Assembly (NCBI GenBank): GCA_963783385.1
Contig: CAWANJ010000003.1
Location: 320,001 to 384,000, forward strand
Length of the DNA stretch: 64,000 bases
Reading direction: 5' to 3'
DNA from: an uncultured Gemmatimonadales bacterium
GTDB taxonomy: Bacteria > Gemmatimonadota > Gemmatimonadetes > Palauibacterales > Palauibacteraceae
The notes beneath the pieces were generated by a model. It worked only from the letters and a program-made list of their open reading frames with translations, ran no database searches and was not told where the DNA came from. Of the stretch, positions 41,352 through 50,799 are shown in pieces. The first letter of the stretch is position 1. Every line of letters begins with the position of its first letter. The translations under genes and the position numbers were made by a program.

Positions 41352-44333
41352 TTACGTTTCTTGAGCCAGCTCCGCGTGCGTCACATCGCGGAGATAGGTG
41401 ACAGCCGGGCGCGTGTTGAGCTCTTCGAGCACGTGGTAGGAGCGAGCGCCCTTCGCGATCCGGGACACGCGGCTCGTCGGGTCCTTGAGGTTCCCGAACC
41501 AGATCGCGTGCGTCGGACAGGCCGCCTGGCACGCGGTCTGGAAGTCCCCTTCCTGGACCAGCCGGCCCTTCTCCTTGGCCTGCACCTTGGCACGGTCGAT
41601 CCGCTGCACGCAGAACGTGCACTTCTCCATGACGCCCTTCTCGCGGACGGTGACGTCCGGATTGAGCTGGAGGTTGAGCGGATAGGGGAAGTCGTAGGTG
41701 AACCAGTTGAAGCGGCGCTGCTTGTACGGGCAGTTGTTGGAGCAGTAGCGCGTGCCCACGCACCGGTTGTAGACCTGGACGTTCAGGCCCTCCGGGTTGT
41801 GGTAGGCCGCGTACACCGGGCACACCGGCTCGCACGGCGCGTCGCCGCACTGCTGGCACATCTCGGCCAGGTGCGTGGTCTGGAAGCCGCCGTCGGCGGT
41901 GGCTTCGAAGTAGCGCTCGATGCGGATCCAGGACATCTCCCGGCCGTCGGCGCAGCGCTCCTCGCCGACCACGGCGAGGTTGTTCTCGGCGTAGCAGCCC
42001 GCCACGCAGGCGCCGCAGCCCGTGCAGGCGTTGAGGTCGACCGTCATGCCCCAGCGGTACGGGCTCATGGGATCGGAGTCCCACGCCGCCTCGACCAGCT
42101 CGCTGAGGTCGACCTGGTGCTCGCCGATCGCCTTCCGGGCCTCCTCGACCCCCATGATCTCGGAGACCTCGCGGCCGTAGTCCAGGTCGGAGCCCTGGAG
42201 CTTGACCATCTTCGCCTTCTGCCCCGTGGCGCTGAGCTGGACGGCCACCCCGGCGTAAGCGAGGGAGCCGGTGGCTCCGTCGACCGTGTCCGGGAGGAGG
42301 TCCAGCGGACTCACGCCGCGGCCGGCCGCGTTGCGGCCGTAGTGCGTGTGGCCCTGGCCGATCTGGATCCCGACCGCGTCCTTGCGGATGCCGGGGTAGA
42401 GGTAGACCGGAGCGCGGACCTTGCCGCTCTCCGAGGTCACCTCGACCTCGTCACCGTTCTCGAGCCCGAGCGGCCTGGCCGTGTCGGGGTGCATCTCCAC
42501 CCAGGAGCCCCACACGCACTTGGTGATCGGGTCGGGGATCTCCTGCATCCAGCCGCGGTTGGCCCCGCGCCCGTCGTACAGGTAGCTGCCCGGGTAGACC
42601 ACCAGGTCGAACTTGCCCCGGGCCGGCGCGCCGGCGCCGCCGGAGAAGGCGTGGGAGGTGACCGCGCGGGAGAGGCCGACCGAGGTCGGCTTCCCGGGTG
42701 CGCCCTCCCAGCGGCCGCCCTGCCGCCTGGTGTCGAACCACCACTCGTCGAAGCGCTGGCTGGAGCCCGAGGCGCGGTGCTTCTCCCGCCACGCGTTCTC
42801 CAGGTAGCCGGCGAAGTCCTGGGCGCCGAAGTCGGCCTTGATGCCGGCGGCGGCGGCCGCCTGCAGGAGGATGTCCTCCCGCTGGCGCGTGTCGAACACC
42901 GGCTGCATCACGGGCTGGCCCAGCGCCCACGCGCCGGGGAGCACTTCCGCGTCCCCCCAGGACTCGAGCTCGTGGCTGCCCGGCAGGATCCAGCTTGCCG
43001 CCGCCGTGGTCTCGTCCAGGTGCGAGTTGAGCGACACGACCGTCGGCACCTGCCCCAGCGCCTCGGCGAAGCCCGCGGAGGCCGGCAGCGTGAAGGCGGG
43101 GTTGGGTCCGGCCACGATCAGCGTCCGGACCTTCCCGTTCTTCATGTCGCCGGCGAGGCTCTTCATCTCCGCCAGGGTGGCGCCCTGGCCCCGCTGCGGA
43201 CCCACGCCGAACTGCGCCGTCGTACCGATCGCGCCGGCCACGTGGTTGAGGAGGGCGACGGCCAGGCAGGCGTCCGTGGCGTCGGCGCCCTGGCTCTCCG
43301 GTCCGGGGGGAAGCGCCACCGGGCGCTCCGCCGCGGCGATCTCCTCGCCCAGCTTCTGGATCTTGTCCGCGGCCACCCCGGTCTTGTCGGCGGCCCACTC
43401 GGGCGTGTACGTCGCCAGCACTCCCTGGAGCTCGAGGCCGCGGGAGCCGCCCTTCTTCTGGGCCACCACGTGCGCCACCGCCAGGGCGACCAGGCCCGAC
43501 GTCCCGGGGCGGGCCGGCAGCCAGTCGTCGGCGTTGGAGCCGGTGAGCGACAGGCGCGGACCCACGAACGTGAACCTGGCGTGACGCCCCTTCTCGATGT
43601 CGCGGGCGTGTGCGAAGCGTCGGCCCAGGGCCGTGGGCTCGAGCCACGTGGCCAGGAAGTCGGCGCCGAAGCTCACGATCCGGTCCGCCTGATCGACGGC
43701 GTAGGTGGGGATCTCGGCGCGGCCGAAGGCGATCTCGTGGGCACGCCGCAGCGGCGCGTAGTCGAACGTGTCGTAGCGAACGTGCCGCGCGCCGACGGCC
43801 TTCGCCCACTCCTCGGCGAACCGGTCGCGCGTCCCCGTGCCCGTCCCCGTGAGCAGGACGACATCGCCGTCCTGGACCGCCTTGCCCAGGGCCTGGATGC
43901 CGTCCTTCCAGGCGGCTTCCTGGAAGTCTCCGCCGCCCTTCTTGCGCGGTCCCGGGACCCGGTCGGGGTCGTAGAGGTCCTGCAGGGTCGACAGCCCCAG
44001 CGCCGACATGCCGTCGGCGTTGAGCGGGAAGTCGGGATTGCCCTCCAGGTTGAGCACCCTGCCGTCCCGCACCCACGCGTGGATGCCCAGCGGCTCGGGG
44101 CCCGCCTCCGCCAGGAGGCTGGCGTAGGTGGTGTTGGTGCCCGGGGTGATGCCCTCGGGCTGAACCAGGTAGGGGATGAGCTTCTGGTCGATGTGGGGCG
44201 GGGCCGGCCGGCAGGCGGCGGCGGTCGCCCCGGCCCCGGAGAGCCCCAGGATCTTGAGGAAGGTCCGCCGGCTCGTGCCGGTGGACGGCTCCTCTTCGGG
44301 ACGGGGGGCGTGGGTTTCGCTGGGCTCGCTCAT
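41352..44333 (-). CDS. actB: Alternative complex III subunit B (molybdopterin-oxidoreductase-like domain fused to Fe-S domain)
   Basis: Tat signal SRRTFLK; LQDLYDPDR, LESWGD, DGRGANRGWMQEIPDP, CTGCGACVAGC, CQQC..APCEPVCP, RCVGTRYCSNNCPY, EKCTFC. Confidence 0.93.
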   Translation of the reverse strand: MSEPSETHAPRPEEEPSTGTSRRTFLKILGLSGAGATAAACRPAPPHIDQKLIPYLVQPEGITPGTNTTYASLLAEAGPEPLGIHAWVRDGRVLNLEGNPDFPLNADGMSALGLSTLQDLYDPDRVPGPRKKGGGDFQEAAWKDGIQALGKAVQDGDVVLLTGTGTGTRDRFAEEWAKAVGARHVRYDTFDYAPLRRAHEIAFGRAEIPTYAVDQADRIVSFGADFLATWLEPTALGRRFAHARDIEKGRHARFTFVGPRLSLTGSNADDWLPARPGTSGLVALAVAHVVAQKKGGSRGLELQGVLATYTPEWAADKTGVAADKIQKLGEEIAAAERPVALPPGPESQGADATDACLAVALLNHVAGAIGTTAQFGVGPQRGQGATLAEMKSLAGDMKNGKVRTLIVAGPNPAFTLPASAGFAEALGQVPTVVSLNSHLDETTAAASWILPGSHELESWGDAEVLPGAWALGQPVMQPVFDTRQREDILLQAAAAAGIKADFGAQDFAGYLENAWREKHRASGSSQRFDEWWFDTRRQGGRWEGAPGKPTSVGLSRAVTSHAFSGGAGAPARGKFDLVVYPGSYLYDGRGANRGWMQEIPDPITKCVWGSWVEMHPDTARPLGLENGDEVEVTSESGKVRAPVYLYPGIRKDAVGIQIGQGHTHYGRNAAGRGVSPLDLLPDTVDGATGSLAYAGVAVQLSATGQKAKMVKLQGSDLDYGREVSEIMGVEEARKAIGEHQVDLSELVEAAWDSDPMSPYRWGMTVDLNACTGCGACVAGCYAENNLAVVGEERCADGREMSWIRIERYFEATADGGFQTTHLAEMCQQCGDAPCEPVCPVYAAYHNPEGLNVQVYNRCVGTRYCSNNCPYKQRRFNWFTYDFPYPLNLQLNPDVTVREKGVMEKCTFCVQRIDRAKVQAKEKGRLVQEGDFQTACQAACPTHAIWFGNLKDPTSRVSRIAKGARSYHVLEELNTRPAVTYLRDVTHAELAQET

Positions 44334-44340
44334 GTCGGCT

Positions 44341-45228
44341 CTAGTAGTGGCAGGTCGTGCAGTCGAGGGGCGCGCGGTGCGCCGCGTACTGCTCGCTGAT
44401 CGCCATCGGATACAGTCCCGGCTTCTCGGTGCCGCCCGGGTTGGCGGGGATGGCGGCCTCGCGGACGAGCTTGTACTCGGTGGCCACGTCCGTCTGCTGG
44501 GGCTTCTGGCGATGGCATCGGAGGCACCAGCCCATCGTCAGGGACTGGATCGGGATCGTGTCGCTCTGGAACTCGTAGATGCGGTCCATGTCCTGGACCG
44601 GGCCGTGACAGGTCTGGCACTGCAGGTCGTTCCGCAGGTGCGGCTCGTGCTTGAACTGCACGAACTCGGCGATCTTGTAGACGCGCACCCACGGCACGGG
44701 CTGCTGACGCTGCCAGTAGGCCCGCAGCGTGTCGATCGGCGCCAGTCCCGTCCCCACGATCCGGTGGCACCCGATGCAGGTCGCCAGCGGAGGCATCACC
44801 GCTACCTCGGAGTGCCGCGAGTTCGTGTGGCAGTACTCGCAGCTCATCTGGAGGTTGGTGGTGTGGAAGTGGTGGTTGAACGGGATCGGCTGGGCGGGCC
44901 CCTGCGTCGCGCTCTCGGCGAGCTGAATGGCGACCTGGGCGGCGCTGAGGCTGTCGTGGCCCTGGATCGGGGCGCCGATCGGCTGCGGGTAGAAGCCCGG
45001 CGATGCGGGCGTCGGGGCTCCGGAGGTCCTGGCGGCGGCCGCTCCGGCCGCTCCGGCGGCCCCGGTCGCGCCCGTGTCGGCGGCCACCTGAGGGGCCCGG
45101 GTCGCACCGGCGGCACCGGGCACCTCCCGGGCCGCGGCCGAGGACCCGTGGAGGACCGGCCAAGCTGCGGCCACGGCGAGTAGAACCGCCGCCACCGAGC
45201 CCACCGTCGTGTAGGTTGCCTTCCTCAT
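44341..45228 (-). CDS. actA: Alternative complex III pentaheme cytochrome c
   Basis: QPIPFNH..H and five CxxCH motifs (CEYCH, CIGCH, CQTCH, CLRCH, CTTCH); N-terminal TM. Confidence 0.9.
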   Translation of the reverse strand: MRKATYTTVGSVAAVLLAVAAAWPVLHGSSAAAREVPGAAGATRAPQVAADTGATGAAGAAGAAAARTSGAPTPASPGFYPQPIGAPIQGHDSLSAAQVAIQLAESATQGPAQPIPFNHHFHTTNLQMSCEYCHTNSRHSEVAVMPPLATCIGCHRIVGTGLAPIDTLRAYWQRQQPVPWVRVYKIAEFVQFKHEPHLRNDLQCQTCHGPVQDMDRIYEFQSDTIPIQSLTMGWCLRCHRQKPQQTDVATEYKLVREAAIPANPGGTEKPGLYPMAISEQYAAHRAPLDCTTCHY

Positions 45229-45559
45229 TCTCCGCTTTCTTCCGTCACTGTCGCGCCGACCCCGCACGCTCCAAGCCGGGACTCGGCCGCCGCTAAGGTA
45301 TCAGCCTCGGAGCCCCACGCAACCCGAACGGTTCCGATCGGTCGGCGGCGATCGGCCGCGGGCGCGAAGCTGTAGCAGGGGGCACCTCCCGTCAACTACG
45401 CGGGGCAGTTCCCCACGGGCTCGAAGGGTGTCTCCCCACCGGCCGTGGCGCGCGCCGGGAGCCCTCCCGGCGCCGCGGCCTGACCCTTGCTCGGGTGGAG
45501 GGGTCGGAGGGGAGGTACCCGCGGACTCCCCGGCTCCACCCCACCCACGGAGGACTCCC

Positions 45560-46138
45560 ATGAGGTCACGCCTGTGTGCTCTCCTCACGTCGATCGTCAC
45601 GGCCGCCGGCCTGGCCGGCACGGCCCTCGGCTGGGCTCCGGCGTCCGTCTCCGCGCAGGGGGCGGAGTCGCCGCAGGCCCACCACGGCTTCTGGCTCTCG
45701 GGCGGACTTGGCGGGGGATGGACCAGCCACGGCGGCGGCGGCGGCGGAGCCTACATCCGTCTGGGCGGCACCCTGAGCCAGAATTTCGTGATCGGGGGCG
45801 AGGCCATCGGATGGGGGCGCGACACCAACGGCGGGACCGTGAGCCGCGGGAACGCCGTCTTCGACGTCCTCTACTATCCCTCCACGACGTCGGGCGGATT
45901 CCTCAAGGCCGGGGTGGGCTTCGCCAACTTCACGCGGGAGTTTCCCGACCCGTTCGGGGGCACGTTCTCCAGCGACCGCCAGGGCGCGGGGGCCGTCCTG
46001 GGCGCCGGGTGGGACATCCGACTGGGCGGGGGGAACCTGTACCTGACGCCCAACGTCGACGTGCTCCTGCAGGGCTACGACAACCTGAAGCAGGTCGACG
46101 CCGTCTACCTGTTCACGCTGGGCATCGGCTTCCACTGA
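45560..46138 (+). CDS. Small outer-membrane beta-barrel protein
   Basis: Signal peptide, GFWLSGGLGGG, LYYP, FLKAGVG, GAGWDIR, terminal LGIGFH. Confidence 0.7.
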   Translation: MRSRLCALLTSIVTAAGLAGTALGWAPASVSAQGAESPQAHHGFWLSGGLGGGWTSHGGGGGGAYIRLGGTLSQNFVIGGEAIGWGRDTNGGTVSRGNAVFDVLYYPSTTSGGFLKAGVGFANFTREFPDPFGGTFSSDRQGAGAVLGAGWDIRLGGGNLYLTPNVDVLLQGYDNLKQVDAVYLFTLGIGFH

Positions 46139-46184
46139 TCGGACGAGCCGGGGGGGGCCGGACGGACCGGACGGACCGGCCCCG

Positions 46185-47861
46185 TCAGTCGAGGCCGAAC
46201 AGGAGGCGGGGCGTGCGGACCAGGACGCGGAGCACGCCCACCAGGGCGGTGGCGTTCCTCCCCTTCACGTGCTGGAAGTCGCGGATGAAGTCGACGCCCA
46301 CGTCCCAGTCCATGTCGACCGACCAGCCGCTCCCCAGCCCGCGGTGCCACACGCCGGCCAGCGCCGGCCGGATGGTGGTCTCCGTCTGGCCCACCAGGAT
46401 TCGCGGATAGGTGGGGAGCGAGTCCGACGGGGGCGTGAGCGGGTCGTGCATGTCGCTCTCGCCCTTCTGCTGGATGTCGATCCGGGGCTTCAGCACGAGG
46501 CCGCCCACGCCCAGCCAGCTCGCCTCGATCGTGGCCACACGCACGTCCGTCTTGTCCCAGCCGACCCCGATCCCGTCCACCGTGTAGCGCTCCCAGGGGA
46601 GGTAGGAGGTGCGGTACACGAGGCTCTGGAGGGCCGTCCCCTGCAGGCGGAGCCCCACTCCCGGGGCGATGTGCGGGAGCTGCACCTCCACCGTGCCCCC
46701 GATCCCGCAGCACGACTGGTCCGTCTTGTTCAGGGCGGTGGAGTTGTCGGCGATGAGGCTCCCCGACAGGACGAGGCCGTCCACGGGTCGCCACCACACG
46801 TCGGCCTGGGCCAGGTCGTTCACCGTCTGCTTGTTGCCCGTCTCCTTGACGGTGGTCTCCCACAGCGAGACGGGGTTCAGGATGCGCCAGTTCAGGCGCG
46901 CGCCCGGTCCCCCCTGGATGACGGCCTCGGAGAAGGCGAGCATGAAGTTGTCCCGCGCCCGCCATTCCAGTCGGTGGACGGCGAAGTAGCGCGCCGTGTC
47001 GCCCGGGAAGTCGTTGAAGGCGGAGAGCGTCCCGATGAGGAAGATGCGGTCCGACCCGAACCGGTAGCCGATCTGGTCCCAGCTATAGGCGTAGTCGGAG
47101 AGCAGGAAGCCGGGCGTGTGCGGGGGGCCCCAGTTCCGGTTCATCCTCCCCGCGAACACGCGCGCGTACTTCCACTGCAGCTCGGCGTAGGCCTCGTCGA
47201 AGCGGATCCCCTCCTCGTGCAGGATCGGGAAGTTGCTCTTCGAGACCACCCGCCCGCCGGGGTACTGGGCATCGTGCCGGTAGATGCCGTCCCGCACGGC
47301 GTGGACGGCGCCCGCCACGGGGCCGCCCTGGGCCTCGGCGTCCACGGACACGTGCTCGAGCACGCGGTTCGTCGCGAAGGGGCCGTGCAGCCGGGGCCGG
47401 AGGGGGTCGCGGCTGGTCTGTGTCCAGTCCGCCGCCCCGCCCGAGAATCCCACCGAGGCGTATCCGTCCTCCTTCCTCCCTCCCAGGACGGCGAGCTCGG
47501 GCGCGAACTCCCGCTCGAGCTCCTCTAGCCAGCGTCGCTCGAACGGATGGAGGTCCTGTCCCCGCAGCGTACGGATGGCCCGCGCCACCTCCATCCGGCG
47601 GTAGGGCTGGACGTCGGGGGATAGGCCATCCAGCCGTCCGGCGGCGATCCAGTAGTCGAGGATCGGATACTCCCAGCTTCCCATCTCCAGGTACGGGGAG
47701 GCGTGGAAGGAGGCGGCCGCGCCGGAGTCGGGGAGCGATGCGGCGGCGGAGCGGGGAGTGGAGGGGGAGGGGGCGCCTTGCCGGGCGAGAGCGGGCCGCG
47801 GAGCGCCGGCGAGCGCCACGCCGAGGACGGCCGCCAGCGCCGCGGGCGGGCGGCCGCGCAT
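46185..47861 (-). CDS. Capsule-assembly Wzi-like outer-membrane protein (copy 2)
   Basis: Signal peptide; GRMNRNWGP...LLSDYAYSWDQ, RYFAVHRLEW, SEAVI.GG. Confidence 0.65.
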   Translation of the reverse strand: MRGRPPAALAAVLGVALAGAPRPALARQGAPSPSTPRSAAASLPDSGAAASFHASPYLEMGSWEYPILDYWIAAGRLDGLSPDVQPYRRMEVARAIRTLRGQDLHPFERRWLEELEREFAPELAVLGGRKEDGYASVGFSGGAADWTQTSRDPLRPRLHGPFATNRVLEHVSVDAEAQGGPVAGAVHAVRDGIYRHDAQYPGGRVVSKSNFPILHEEGIRFDEAYAELQWKYARVFAGRMNRNWGPPHTPGFLLSDYAYSWDQIGYRFGSDRIFLIGTLSAFNDFPGDTARYFAVHRLEWRARDNFMLAFSEAVIQGGPGARLNWRILNPVSLWETTVKETGNKQTVNDLAQADVWWRPVDGLVLSGSLIADNSTALNKTDQSCCGIGGTVEVQLPHIAPGVGLRLQGTALQSLVYRTSYLPWERYTVDGIGVGWDKTDVRVATIEASWLGVGGLVLKPRIDIQQKGESDMHDPLTPPSDSLPTYPRILVGQTETTIRPALAGVWHRGLGSGWSVDMDWDVGVDFIRDFQHVKGRNATALVGVLRVLVRTPRLLFGLD

Positions 47862-49573
47862 CAGTTGAGTCCGAACAGGAGGCGCGGCGTCCGGATCATG
47901 ACCCGGAACAGCCCCACGAGCGCGGTGGCGTTCCGGCCCTTCACGTGCTGGTAGCCTCGGATGAAGTTCACTCCCACGTCCCAGTTCATGTCCACGGTCC
48001 AGCCGCTGCCGATCTGCCGGTGCCATCCGCCGCTCAGGGCCGGTCGGATGGTGGTCTCGGCCTGGCCCACGATGATCCTGGGAAAGTCGGGAAGGGAGTC
48101 GTTGGGTGGCCGGAGGACCCCGTGGAAGTCGCCGGTGCCCTTCTGCTGGATGTCGATCCGGGGCTTGAGGACGAGGCCGCCGACCCCGAACCAGCTGGCC
48201 TCGATCGTGCCGAGCCGGAGGTCCGCCTTGTCCCAGCCGAGTCCGACACCGTTCACCGTATACTGCTCCCACGGGTAGTTCGTCCGGTACAGGAGGCTCT
48301 GCATGGCCGTTCCCTGGATGCGGAGGCTCCAACCCCGCGCGATCCCGGGAAGCTGGAGGCCCACCGTCGCGCCCATCTGGCAGCAGGCCACATCGGTCTT
48401 CCGCAGGGAGGTGGTGTTGTCGGCCAGGAGGCTCCCCCACAGGACCAGGCCATTCGCCGGCCTCCACCACACGTCGGCCTGCCCGACGTTGTTTCGCTCC
48501 TTGTGCGACTCCTTTGTCGTGAGCGCCCACGGCCCGATCGGGTTCACGACGCGGAAGTCGAGGCTGGCGTTCGGCCCTCCCTCGATGATGGACTCGGACA
48601 GGCTCAACATCACCTTGTCGCTCACCCTCCATTCGAGCCGGTGGACGGCGAAGTAACGCGTCGTGTCACCCGGAAAGTCGTTGAACGTGGCGAACAGCCC
48701 GGTGGCGAAGAACTTGTCCGAGCCCAGCCGCCATCCGACCTGGTCCCAGCTGTAGGCGTAGTCGGAGAGGAGGAAGCCGAGCGTGTGCGGGGGCCCCCAG
48801 TTCCGGTACATGCGTCCGACGAACAGCCGGGCGTACCGGGTCTGAAGCTCCGCGTAGGTGTCCTCGGCGCGGAGGCCGGCCTCGTTCAGCAGGAACAGAT
48901 CCTGCCGTGGGGCGACCCGCCCGTTCGGGTATTCCGCATCGTTCAGGTAGATGCCATCCCGGACCAGCCGCAACGCTCCCACGACGGGCCCTCCCTGTGC
49001 GTCGAAGCCCAGAGACACGCGCTCGAGGATGCGGTTGCGAGCGAACTGGCCGTGCAGCTCTGGCCGCAGGGGGTCGCGGCTGGTCTGCGTCCAGTCGGCC
49101 GCGCCGCCGCTGGCTCTCATGCTCGCGTACGCCGTCTCCCGGCGGTGGCCGTCCAGGATGGCCAGCTCGGGCCGGAACTCGGCCTCGAACCGCTCGAGCC
49201 ACCGCTCTTCGAACGGCTTGAGATGCTCACCGCGCAGGGAGCGGACGGCCCTGGCCACGTCCATGCGGCGGTAGGGCTGCGTGAAGGGGGAGAGGCTGTT
49301 GATCCGGCCGGAGGCGATCCAGTAGTCCAGGATCTCGTACTCCCAGCTCCCCAGCACCAGGTAGGGCGAGGCTTGGAAGGCCGCGGCCGGATCGTGGACT
49401 CTGGGAGGCTCCTGGGCGCGAAGCCGGCGGGAGTCGGAGAGGAGGACGGCGAGAACGGCCAGGAGGGTGAACAGCGTGACGAGGACGAGGTCCGGGCCGC
49501 TCCGAGCGACCGGAGTCCGGACGACCGGGGCGCGGGCCGCGCCCGATCTGGAAGTCTCCACATTGCGCTGCAC
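47861..49573 (-). CDS. Capsule-assembly Wzi-like outer-membrane protein (copy 1)
   Basis: Same motifs as the adjacent paralog (GRMYRNWGP, LLSDYAYSWDQ, RYFAVHRLEW). Confidence 0.65.
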   Translation of the reverse strand: MQRNVETSRSGAARAPVVRTPVARSGPDLVLVTLFTLLAVLAVLLSDSRRLRAQEPPRVHDPAAAFQASPYLVLGSWEYEILDYWIASGRINSLSPFTQPYRRMDVARAVRSLRGEHLKPFEERWLERFEAEFRPELAILDGHRRETAYASMRASGGAADWTQTSRDPLRPELHGQFARNRILERVSLGFDAQGGPVVGALRLVRDGIYLNDAEYPNGRVAPRQDLFLLNEAGLRAEDTYAELQTRYARLFVGRMYRNWGPPHTLGFLLSDYAYSWDQVGWRLGSDKFFATGLFATFNDFPGDTTRYFAVHRLEWRVSDKVMLSLSESIIEGGPNASLDFRVVNPIGPWALTTKESHKERNNVGQADVWWRPANGLVLWGSLLADNTTSLRKTDVACCQMGATVGLQLPGIARGWSLRIQGTAMQSLLYRTNYPWEQYTVNGVGLGWDKADLRLGTIEASWFGVGGLVLKPRIDIQQKGTGDFHGVLRPPNDSLPDFPRIIVGQAETTIRPALSGGWHRQIGSGWTVDMNWDVGVNFIRGYQHVKGRNATALVGLFRVMIRTPRLLFGLN

Positions 49574-49755
49574 GCTCGTCGGCTCCGGCGGCGGGGTTCG
49601 GTGTGCGGGCCTCGGGCCGCTCGAGCCCCGGCCCGAACACCGGGTCGACGCAAGGTAGGCCGGACCCTCGGCGCGCTCAAGACGCCGGGTTTGGGGAAGC
49701 GCTCGCGGCTCGTTTCGGGAACCGCCCGACGGGCGGATCGTATAGCATGCGTGGC

Positions 49756-49784
49756 TTGACGAAATCGGCCGCCCGCGCTACGAT
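49756..49784 (+). promoter_or_regulatory. Sigma70 promoter of the tRNA operon
   Basis: TTGACG-N17-TACGAT about 60 bp upstream of tRNA-Val. Confidence 0.75.
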
Positions 49785-49846
49785 GACCGTCTTGCGAGCG
49801 GGCCCCGTATCACGGTCCCGCTCGTACGTTTCTCGGGCCGTGGCGA

Positions 49847-49920
<74 letters not shown>

Positions 49921-49964
49921 TTCAGCGAAGAGAGACGCGAGGTTGGCGCCGGCGGCGGTCATCC

Positions 49965-50038
49965 GGGGCTGTAGCTCAGTTGGTCAGAGTGCCGGTCTGT
50001 CACACCGGAGGTCGCGGGTTCGAGTCCCGTCAGCCCCG
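49965..50038 (+). tRNA. tRNA-Asp(GTC)
   Basis: Acceptor GGGGCTG/CAGCCCC; anticodon arm CCGGT-CTGTCAC-ACCGG. Confidence 0.95.
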
Positions 50039-50098
50039 CTCTGGCGATGGCGCTGTTTGAAAGAGAGCCGTGTGCACGACCCGCATGACGCTTCCCGG

Positions 50099-50171
50099 GG
50101 GGCCGTAGCTCAGTTGGGAGAGCGCTTGAATCGCACTCAAGAGGTCGCGGGTTCGAATCCCGCCGGCTCCA
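50099..50171 (+). tRNA. tRNA-Ala(CGC)
   Basis: Acceptor GGGGCCG/CGGCTCC (G3:U70); anticodon arm CTTGA-ATCGCAC-TCAAG. Confidence 0.95.
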
Positions 50172-50196
50172 CTGATGACGGTGTCGGGCCGACCGC

Positions 50197-50268
50197 GCCA
50201 CCGTAGCTCAGCGGTAGAGCACTCGATTCGTAATCGAGCGGTCGTCGGTTCGATTCCGACCGGTGGCT
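50197..50268 (+). tRNA. tRNA-Thr(CGT)
   Basis: Acceptor GCCACCG/CGGTGGC; anticodon arm CTCGA-TTCGTAA-TCGAG. Confidence 0.95.
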
Positions 50269-50271
50269 CTC

Positions 50272-50344
50272 GCGGGTGTAGCTCAGCTGGCAGAGCGCAA
50301 CCTTGCCAAGGTTGAGGTCGCCGGTTCGAACCCGGTCACCCGCT
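50272..50344 (+). tRNA. tRNA-Gly(GCC)
   Basis: Acceptor GCGGGTG/CACCCGC; anticodon arm CAACC-TTGCCAA-GGTTG. Confidence 0.95.
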
Positions 50345-50405
50345 CTCGACACGCGATGGAACGCATGGAGGGTCGGTAGTACACGGCGATTTCCAGAGGA
50401 TACTT

Positions 50406-50479
50406 CGGGGCGTGGCTCAGTCCGGCAGAGCGCTGCGTTCGGGACGCAGAGGTCCCCGGTTCAAATCCGGGCGCCCCGA
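50406..50479 (+). tRNA. tRNA-Pro(CGG)
   Basis: Acceptor CGGGGCG/CGCCCCG; anticodon arm CTGCG-TTCGGGA-CGCAG. Confidence 0.95.
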
Positions 50480-50496
50480 CTGGAGGTCCTCGACGA

Positions 50497-50570
50497 CGGG
50501 GCGTGGCGCAGTCCGGTAGCGCGCGTGAATGGGGTTCACGAGGTCCCGGGTTCGAATCCCGGCGCCCCGA
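50497..50570 (+). tRNA. tRNA-Pro(GGG)
   Basis: Acceptor CGGGGCG/CGCCCCG; anticodon arm CGTGA-ATGGGGT-TCACG. Confidence 0.95.
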
Positions 50571-50578
50571 CTCGCGGA

Positions 50579-50611
50579 AAGGCCCTGCGAGCCAGCGGCT
50601 CGTGGGGCCTT
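50579..50611 (+). terminator. Terminator hairpin of the tRNA operon
   Basis: AAGGCCCTGCGAGCC-AGC-GGCTCGTGGGGCCTT stem with G:U pairs, right after tRNA-Pro. Confidence 0.65.
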
Positions 50612-50661
50612 CGTGCATCCTGGCATGTTGGCGTCCGTGCGGGCGAGGCGCGCGTCGCCGG

Positions 50662-50693
50662 GAGGGAAAGAGGGAAAGAGGGAAAGAGGGAAT
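50662..50693. repeat. 8-bp tandem repeat (GAGGGAAA)x4
   Basis: GAGGGAAA GAGGGAAA GAGGGAAA GAGGGAAT read directly. Confidence 0.85.
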
Positions 50694-50714
50694 GAAGGGG
50701 TCCTTCAGGAAGAG

Positions 50715-50780
50715 ATGACAAAGATTGGCAATGTATGTCAGTCTTTGACATTCCTTGACATTCCTTGACAAGGATGGACA
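50715..50780 (+). repeat. Array of seven 10-bp-phased TGACA-like hexamers
   Basis: ATGACA, TTGGCA, ATGTCA, TTGACA, TTGACA, TTGACA, TGGACA at 50715, 50725, 50735, 50745, 50755, 50765 and 50775. Confidence 0.8.
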
Positions 50781-50799
50781 TCCGTCCTGGGAGGTCTCC

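Noticed and set aside
41352-44333. Molybdoenzyme (nitrate/DMSO reductase) catalytic subunit
   Set aside because: Motifs and actA/C/D/E/F context identify it as ActB, which is established to lack the Mo cofactor.
50662-50780. CRISPR array
   Set aside because: Repeat units are 8-10 bp with no spacers, and there are no cas genes.
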